Assembly: GCA_965202665.1 (NCBI GenBank) | Contig: OZ241841.1 | Span: 1,152,001-1,216,000 of the forward strand | Origin: Candidatus Spongiisociaceae bacterium | Lineage (GTDB): Bacteria > Actinomycetota > Acidimicrobiia > Spongiisociales > Spongiisociaceae | DNA length: 64,000 bases | Reading direction: 5' to 3' | Part shown: piece after piece, positions 59,261 through 64,000 of the stretch | Layout: every line of letters starts with the position of its first letter | Position numbering within the stretch: position 1 is the stretch's first letter | Made by a program: the position numbers and the translations under genes | Notes under the pieces: generated by a model | The model's input: the letters and a program-made list of their open reading frames with translations, nothing else | Database searches by the model: none | What the model was told of the DNA's origin: nothing

Positions 59261-60051
59261 ACGTCTCCCGCGTCTTCGGTGCGTTGCAGGTGAATGCGGC
59301 CGGGACGGCCCGTCAGCGACTCCCCGCTTCCCGACCCGTAGCGGACCTGGATCATTTCGGCCAGGATGGAAACCGCCACCTCCCCCGGCTGTTCGGCCCC
59401 GATGTCCAACCCGACCGGGCCGTGAATGCGGGCCACCTGTTCGGAGGTGAAACCGGCCGCGGTCAGCCTTTCCACCCGGCGGCGATGGGTGCGCCGGCTG
59501 CCCATCACCCCGATGTATTTGGCGGGCCCGTCCAGCACCAGCGGCAACACCGGGTCTTCGAAGCGGGCGTCGTGGCTGAGCAGCACCACGTAGGTGCGGG
59601 CGTCGATCATCAGTTGGCCGGCGATGTCCTCCGGCCATCCCACCGCCAAAGAATGGGCCTGCGGGAAACGGTCCCGGGTGATGAAAGCCGCCCGGGCGTC
59701 GCTGACCGTCACCCGGAAACCCAGGCTGTGGGCGAAAACGCATAACTCTTGGGCGATGTGCACCGCCCCGAAAATCAGCAGATGGGGCTGGGGGGCCACC
59801 GTTTCCACATACACATGCCGGTCGCCGTAAACCAAGGTGCGGTTCTGTTCGCCGTCCATCAGCTGGTTGGCGTCGGCGATCACCTCGTCGGCGACGGCGG
59901 CGGGCAACCAACCGGCGACCAAGCCCCCGGTGCGATCCAACACCGCCTTGCGGCCCGCGTCGGGCCCTTCCACCACGGTGACGACCGCCCCCAGGCGCTC
60001 GCCTTCTATCAGGGAACGAACCGCGTCCAGCGGGGCGGCCTCTTCTACCAT
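59257..60051 (-). CDS. xdhC: XdhC/CoxF family maturation factor (Rossmann-containing part)
   Basis: [33 protein letters not shown]. Confidence 0.82.
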   Translation of the reverse strand: MVEEAAPLDAVRSLIEGERLGAVVTVVEGPDAGRKAVLDRTGGLVAGWLPAAVADEVIADANQLMDGEQNRTLVYGDRHVYVETVAPQPHLLIFGAVHIAQELCVFAHSLGFRVTVSDARAAFITRDRFPQAHSLAVGWPEDIAGQLMIDARTYVVLLSHDARFEDPVLPLVLDGPAKYIGVMGSRRTHRRRVERLTAAGFTSEQVARIHGPVGLDIGAEQPGEVAVSILAEMIQVRYGSGSGESLTGRPGRIHLQRTEDAGDV

Positions 60052-60353
60052 TTTTCTATGAAAACCCCGATAGTGCCGCCGCAGGCCAACCCCACTTCGA
60101 AGGCGTCCTCGTCGGCGATGCCGTAGGTGACCAGACGGGGCTCCCCGGTTTCCAGCACTTCCATGGCGTGCAGGAAAACATCGTTTTCCACGCACCCCCC
60201 GCTCACCGAACCTTCCATGTCGCCCGCCGAAGACACCATGAATTTGGCCCCTTCCGGGCGGGGGGCGGAACCGGCCACTTTCACCACCGTGGCCACCGCC
60301 GCCTGTTTTCCTTCGCCGACCCAACGGTCGTACACGGCCAGCGCATCCTTCAT
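60045..60353 (-). CDS. XdhC/CoxI N-terminal domain protein
   Basis: [29 protein letters not shown]. Confidence 0.85.
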   Translation of the reverse strand: MKDALAVYDRWVGEGKQAAVATVVKVAGSAPRPEGAKFMVSSAGDMEGSVSGGCVENDVFLHAMEVLETGEPRLVTYGIADEDAFEVGLACGGTIGVFIEKW

Positions 60354-60433
60354 CGCGCCTCCTTTGCGTTTTTACCGCTTCTGCCGCTTTGGGGCTGATT
60401 GGGTTGATTGTACGGCGCCCGTTTCATACTGTT

Positions 60434-61588
60434 TTATACCGCCGCCCCGGCCGGGGCCGCCCCCCGGCGGACGCGGGCCGGAATTGTTTCCAGCAGGCGC
60501 ACCACCTCGGTCAGGTCGGACAGGGAAGCGGAAGCCAAAAAGTCGTCCACATAAGGAAGGGCGGCTTTCAAACCCCGCGTCTCCGGCGAGTAACCGGCCC
60601 GGCCGGCCAGCGGGTTCAGCCACACGGTGCGATGCACCGAACGGGCGAAACGGGCCATCTCCGCCTCCAGCAAACTCGGGTCGCCCCGGTCCCATCCGTC
60701 GCTGATGATAACCCCGATGGGGCCGCCCCGGGCGACCCGCCTGCTCCAAAAACGGTTGTAGGTTTCCAACGCTTCCCCGATGCGGGTGCCCCCCGACCAG
60801 TCGCGCACCCGGCCCGCAACCAGGCGCAGGGCGGCGGCCGGGTCGCGGCGGCGCAACTCATGGGTGATGCGGGTGAGGCGGGTGGAAAAAACGAAGGTCT
60901 CCACTTTTCCCATCCGTCCGGGGGCGGCGTGGGCGAAATACAGCAACATTTCGGCGTATTTTTCCATGGAACCGCTCACATCGGCCAGAATCACCAACGG
61001 GCGGCGGCGGGGCTTGGGGGAAGTGAACTTCATTTCGATCAGTTCGCTCCGTTGCCCGACCGCGTTGCGCAAGGTGCGGCGCATGTCCGGCCGGCGGCCT
61101 TTCGGGTCGGGCCGGAGGCGGCGGCTCAACGCTTCCGCCGGATGCCACGCCATGCGGGAAATCAGGCGGCGCACTTCGGCTATCTCGTCGGGGGTGAGAT
61201 CGCCGAAGTCGCGGGTTCGCAACTGTTCGCGGTAGGAGGCCCCCATCTGGTCCACCCCTTCGGAGGTTTCCCCCTGCTCCTCCCCGGTTTCCGGCATCAA
61301 CACCGGTACTTTGACCGGGGCGGCGTCGGCCGGCGAAGAGGAGGAGGAGCCGCCGCCGCGGCGGGCGCTCCCGAAAAACAGCTGGAAGGCCTCTTCGAAA
61401 ACGGGGATGTGCTCCGGCCTGGTTACCGCCAGCGCCCGGAACCCGGCGCAAACATCCCGATGCTTCGCCAAACCCAGCAGGCGGGCGGCGGCCAGCAGGT
61501 CAACGCCGGTGGCGGTGGTTACATCCAATCCGCGGGCTCGCAGGTAGCGGGCGAAATGCAACACGTTTCCCGCCAAAGCCTCGCCCAT
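60434..61588 (-). CDS. coxE: CoxE-like VWA domain protein
   Basis: DVSGSM, FSTRLT, WSGGTRIG, ISDGWD, WLNP. Confidence 0.82.
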   Translation of the reverse strand: MGEALAGNVLHFARYLRARGLDVTTATGVDLLAAARLLGLAKHRDVCAGFRALAVTRPEHIPVFEEAFQLFFGSARRGGGSSSSSPADAAPVKVPVLMPETGEEQGETSEGVDQMGASYREQLRTRDFGDLTPDEIAEVRRLISRMAWHPAEALSRRLRPDPKGRRPDMRRTLRNAVGQRSELIEMKFTSPKPRRRPLVILADVSGSMEKYAEMLLYFAHAAPGRMGKVETFVFSTRLTRITHELRRRDPAAALRLVAGRVRDWSGGTRIGEALETYNRFWSRRVARGGPIGVIISDGWDRGDPSLLEAEMARFARSVHRTVWLNPLAGRAGYSPETRGLKAALPYVDDFLASASLSDLTEVVRLLETIPARVRRGAAPAGAAV

Positions 61589-61731
61589 TGCCTTACACCT
61601 CCGCCTTGACATTTCTGGCTGGGGAAACAATACCACGACCCAGGAGCGGGGGGCCTCCCCGTTTTTGTCACACCCGCCGGTTACCTTCCACCATCAGGCA
61701 AACGCACCCAATATAAAGGAGGGTTGTCACA

Positions 61732-62802
61732 ATGAACACTGTTGCTATTTTCGGCTTGGCCTTGGTGGTCCTGCTGGTTGCCCCCGCGGTCTGGTGGGCG
61801 GTGAGCGCCTTGCGGCGGCGGAACCGGGCCGCGGAGGCCGAAACCCCCGCACCCGACCCGCTGTCCGCTTTGACCGTCGGCCTGAACGAGGGCCTGGCGG
61901 GGATGCGCACCGAGATGGGCGAATCCTTGGAGAACGTACGGGGTCTGCTGAACAAACTGGCGGAGCAGGGAGGGCGCACCCAGGAACAGCTGGAAGGCGT
62001 GGCGAAAAGCAACACCGCCCTGACCGACACCACCAACCAGTTGCAAAATCTGCTCGCCGACAGCCGAAGCCGCGGCTTCTGGGGGGAGCGGATGGCGGAA
62101 GACGCGATCCGGGCGGCCGGGCTGGTGGAAGGGATCAACTACCGCAAGCAGGTTCGGATAGCCAACGGCGCGGCTCCCGATTTTACTTTCCTGTTGCCGG
62201 AGGGGAAGACGTTGCATATGGACGTCAAGTTCCCGCTGGACAATTACCGCCGCTACGCGGAGGCGCAGTCCGAAGCGGAGCGAACCCAGTTCCTCAAAAA
62301 GTTCATGTCAGATGTGGGCGGCCACATCAAGGCGTTGGCCGACCGAGGCTACGCGGAGACGGAGGACGGGGTGGGGTTCGTGTTGCTGTTCATCCCGGTG
62401 GAGTCAGTGTGGGGGGCCATCCTGCAACAGGATCAGCCCCTGTTGCCGCACACGGAAACCCGCCGAGTGGTCCTGTGTTCGCCCACCACCCTGTTCCCCA
62501 TTCTGATGATGATCCGCAACATCATGGACTCTTTCCAGATGGTGGCCAACGGCCGGGAAATCGTGAAAGCGGTGGCCGCCTTCGAGCGGGAATGGGAAAA
62601 ATACGGGGAGGCGGTGGACAAGGTGGAAAAACACCTGAACACCCTGGTCAATTCGTTCAACGCGCTGACCTCCACCCGCACCAACGTTTTGCAACGCGAG
62701 ATGACGAAAGTGTCCGATTTGCGGACCGATCCCCCATCTCCGCAGAAGTTGCCCCGCCCGGCCGACCGACAGGATCCACCGGTAGCCGCCGACGCCGCCT
62801 AG
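61732..62802 (+). CDS. rmuC: DNA recombination protein RmuC
   Basis: RBS AAGGAGG; N-terminal TM, coiled coil, RGFWGE, PD..DVKFP, LFIP.E, SPTTL. Confidence 0.85.
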   Translation: MNTVAIFGLALVVLLVAPAVWWAVSALRRRNRAAEAETPAPDPLSALTVGLNEGLAGMRTEMGESLENVRGLLNKLAEQGGRTQEQLEGVAKSNTALTDTTNQLQNLLADSRSRGFWGERMAEDAIRAAGLVEGINYRKQVRIANGAAPDFTFLLPEGKTLHMDVKFPLDNYRRYAEAQSEAERTQFLKKFMSDVGGHIKALADRGYAETEDGVGFVLLFIPVESVWGAILQQDQPLLPHTETRRVVLCSPTTLFPILMMIRNIMDSFQMVANGREIVKAVAAFEREWEKYGEAVDKVEKHLNTLVNSFNALTSTRTNVLQREMTKVSDLRTDPPSPQKLPRPADRQDPPVAADAA

Positions 62803-62825
62803 AACGGCTTCCCGCCCGGTCCGGT

Positions 62826-62856
62826 TTCCCCGGGGCAAAGCAGTCCCCCCGGGGAA
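62826..62856. terminator. Hairpin between convergent genes (possible bidirectional terminator)
   Basis: ttccccgggg..ccccggggaa inverted repeat. Confidence 0.5.
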
Positions 62857-62884
62857 GATGGCAGGGGGATTCTGACCGTCCCGG

Positions 62885-63274
62885 TCAGACCTCTTTGGAT
62901 TTTTCCTCCATTTCCTGAATGAGGGCCTGTTCCCGGGCGCGCCGTTTGCGGCGGGTGTCGCCCCTGTTCGTCCACCACAGTGCCAAATATTCACGTATCA
63001 CCTGCGGGGTGCTCATCCCCGCCCACCGGACCAAATGCTCCGCCGTGACCGGGGCTTTGTCCTTGTACCAAACATTCGACAATTCGGACAGCGGGCGACC
63101 TTCCCGTTCGGCTCGGTCCCACACCCGTTTGGCTTCCTCGGCCCGCCGCACCCGCCTAAGAAGCTGCGAAGGTATCCCGGTGACATTCAAAAACCAGATC
63201 CAGGCGGTAAACAACACCATAGCGGCTATAAACGACCAGTACACCGCCAACACCCAAGCAGAAAATTGTTCCAT
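62885..63274 (-). CDS. Hypothetical protein with N-terminal TM
   Basis: Strong RBS TAAGGAGG; aromatic-rich TM followed by a charged domain. Confidence 0.7.
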   Translation of the reverse strand: MEQFSAWVLAVYWSFIAAMVLFTAWIWFLNVTGIPSQLLRRVRRAEEAKRVWDRAEREGRPLSELSNVWYKDKAPVTAEHLVRWAGMSTPQVIREYLALWWTNRGDTRRKRRAREQALIQEMEEKSKEV

Positions 63275-63449
63275 TTATCCTCCTTAAGTCCTTAGAGTGA
63301 TGCGCGACCCAGCCCCCGGAAGCGGAGACCGGAACGGTTCGAAAGGGATTACCCCTAAACCGCGGGGGCGGAGTGGTTTCCGCCGCTGTCGCTCCTCCTT
63401 GTGACCTATGTTTACCCACGACGCAACCCGCGCCGTTGAACCTACATAT

Positions 63450-63485
63450 GTCAATATAAGGAACTTTTCGAAAAAAAACAACCCC
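63450..63485 (-). promoter_or_regulatory. Promoter sharing the motif of the 20.8/21.9 kb elements
   Basis: ttgttttttttcgaaaagttccttatattga vs ttgttttttcaaaaaagttccttaatattgg and ttgtttttttctgaaaagtgctttatattga. Confidence 0.6.
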
Positions 63486-63537
63486 TTTTTCGCCAATTTC
63501 GCCGGAACGCGAAAAAAATCTTTAGCAAGCCGGTTAC

Positions 63538-63645
63538 TCAGCCGCCGCGGCGGGGAAGGGCGCGGGTGGCGGGGTCTATAACATGCAGGTCAGGCAAAGT
63601 GTCAGCGGCTAAAACAGCGGGGCGGGCCCGGTTGGAAGGAGTCAC
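63538..63645 (-). CDS. Micro-ORF 4 of paralogous peptide array (35 aa)
   Basis: GTG start after GGAGG: MTPSNRARPAVLAADTLPDLHVIDPATRALPRRGG. Confidence 0.55.
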   Translation of the reverse strand: MTPSNRARPAVLAADTLPDLHVIDPATRALPRRGG

Positions 63646-63647
63646 AA

Positions 63648-63758
63648 TCAGAACAGCCTCCATCGAGGCGCAACACGAGTGGGACGGCCCGCCGCATGCA
63701 AATCGGAGAGAACCCGGGTCGCCATCACCGCGAACGGCAACTGCGGATCCTTCATCAT
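63648..63758 (-). CDS. Micro-ORF 3 of paralogous peptide array (36 aa)
   Basis: TGATG overlap with ORF 2: MMKDPQLPFAVMATRVLSDLHAAGRPTRVAPRWRLF. Confidence 0.6.
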   Translation of the reverse strand: MMKDPQLPFAVMATRVLSDLHAAGRPTRVAPRWRLF

Positions 63759-63865
63759 CAACAACGCCGGGAGAGCCCCCGCGTCTGACGGCCGGTGGCG
63801 CACAAATCGAACAGAACCCCCACCGCGAGCGGCGCGAACGGTAACTGCTGGGTCTGATTGACCAG
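63758..63865 (-). CDS. Micro-ORF 2 of paralogous peptide array (~35 aa, non-canonical start)
   Basis: GAAGGGA then CTG: (M)VNQTQQLPFAPLAVGVLFDLCATGRQTRGLSRRC. Confidence 0.45.
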   Translation of the reverse strand: MVNQTQQLPFAPLAVGVLFDLCATGRQTRGLSRRC

Positions 63866-63894
63866 GATGAATTCCCTTCCCCCCCCCCCCGCTT

Positions 63895-64000
63895 CTACCT
63901 GCGACGCGGGATCACCCGCGTCTGCTGACCTGCCGCCATCGTATGCAAATCCGGAAGCCGCCCCGTCGCCAACACCCCCGCCCTCGCCATATTCGACGGA
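63895..64000 (-). CDS. Micro-ORF 1 of paralogous peptide array (start at 63990 or beyond the window)
   Basis: ..PSNMARAGVLATGRLPDLHTMAAGQQTRVIPRRR*. Confidence 0.55.
   Translation of the reverse strand, partial: PSNMARAGVLATGRLPDLHTMAAGQQTRVIPRRR

Noticed and set aside
58577-60324. ORF-track starts at 59911 and 60324 (also 20859, 21852, 33908, 54521)
   Set aside because: These extensions overlap real neighbouring genes or promoters; downstream coupled or leaderless starts fit better
63320-63390. c-di-GMP-II riboswitch (GCGGAAAC similarity)
   Set aside because: Only a short motif matches and the pseudoknot and 3' consensus were not found; kept as an unassigned structured leader
63538-64000. 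Lanthipeptide or graspetide assignment for the micro-ORFs
   Set aside because: LxDL and PFA resemble leader motifs, but there is no Ser/Thr/Cys-rich or acidic core and no synthetase in the window
1-64000. rRNA, tRNA, prophage or integrase
   Set aside because: No recognisable signatures found by inspection

Overview
High-GC bacterial DNA. Gene content (WhiB-like, DUF222-HNH, DUF2277, leaderless TANNNT promoters) points to an actinobacterium. The eukaryotic-like LRR protein plus carnitine catabolism suggest a host-associated lineage such as sponge Acidimicrobiia (inference only). The first 20.5 kb is one uninterrupted minus-strand ORF (>6,800 aa, runs off the left edge, absent from the ORF track) encoding a secreted protein of Calx-beta/Ig-like repeats with four capped LRR cassettes; a candidate promoter for it has a C12 tract in its spacer. 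Next come a small family of TM-coiled-coil genes, metabolic genes, a carnitine/gamma-butyrobetaine catabolic operon, two divergent WhiB-like paralogs, a Type ISP restriction-modification gene with an in-frame G13 tract and an AT-rich specificity region, a DUF222-HNH gene, decayed IS481/ISL3/IS110 elements, ABC transporter genes and molybdo-enzyme accessory genes. The right edge carries an unannotated array of at least four paralogous ~35-aa micro-ORFs (A-x3-L-x-D-L-[HC]-x5-7-T-R-x2-[PS]-R), the best candidate for an undescribed system. No rRNA, tRNA or CRISPR array was seen. All family calls come from motifs recognised by eye; no database search was run.
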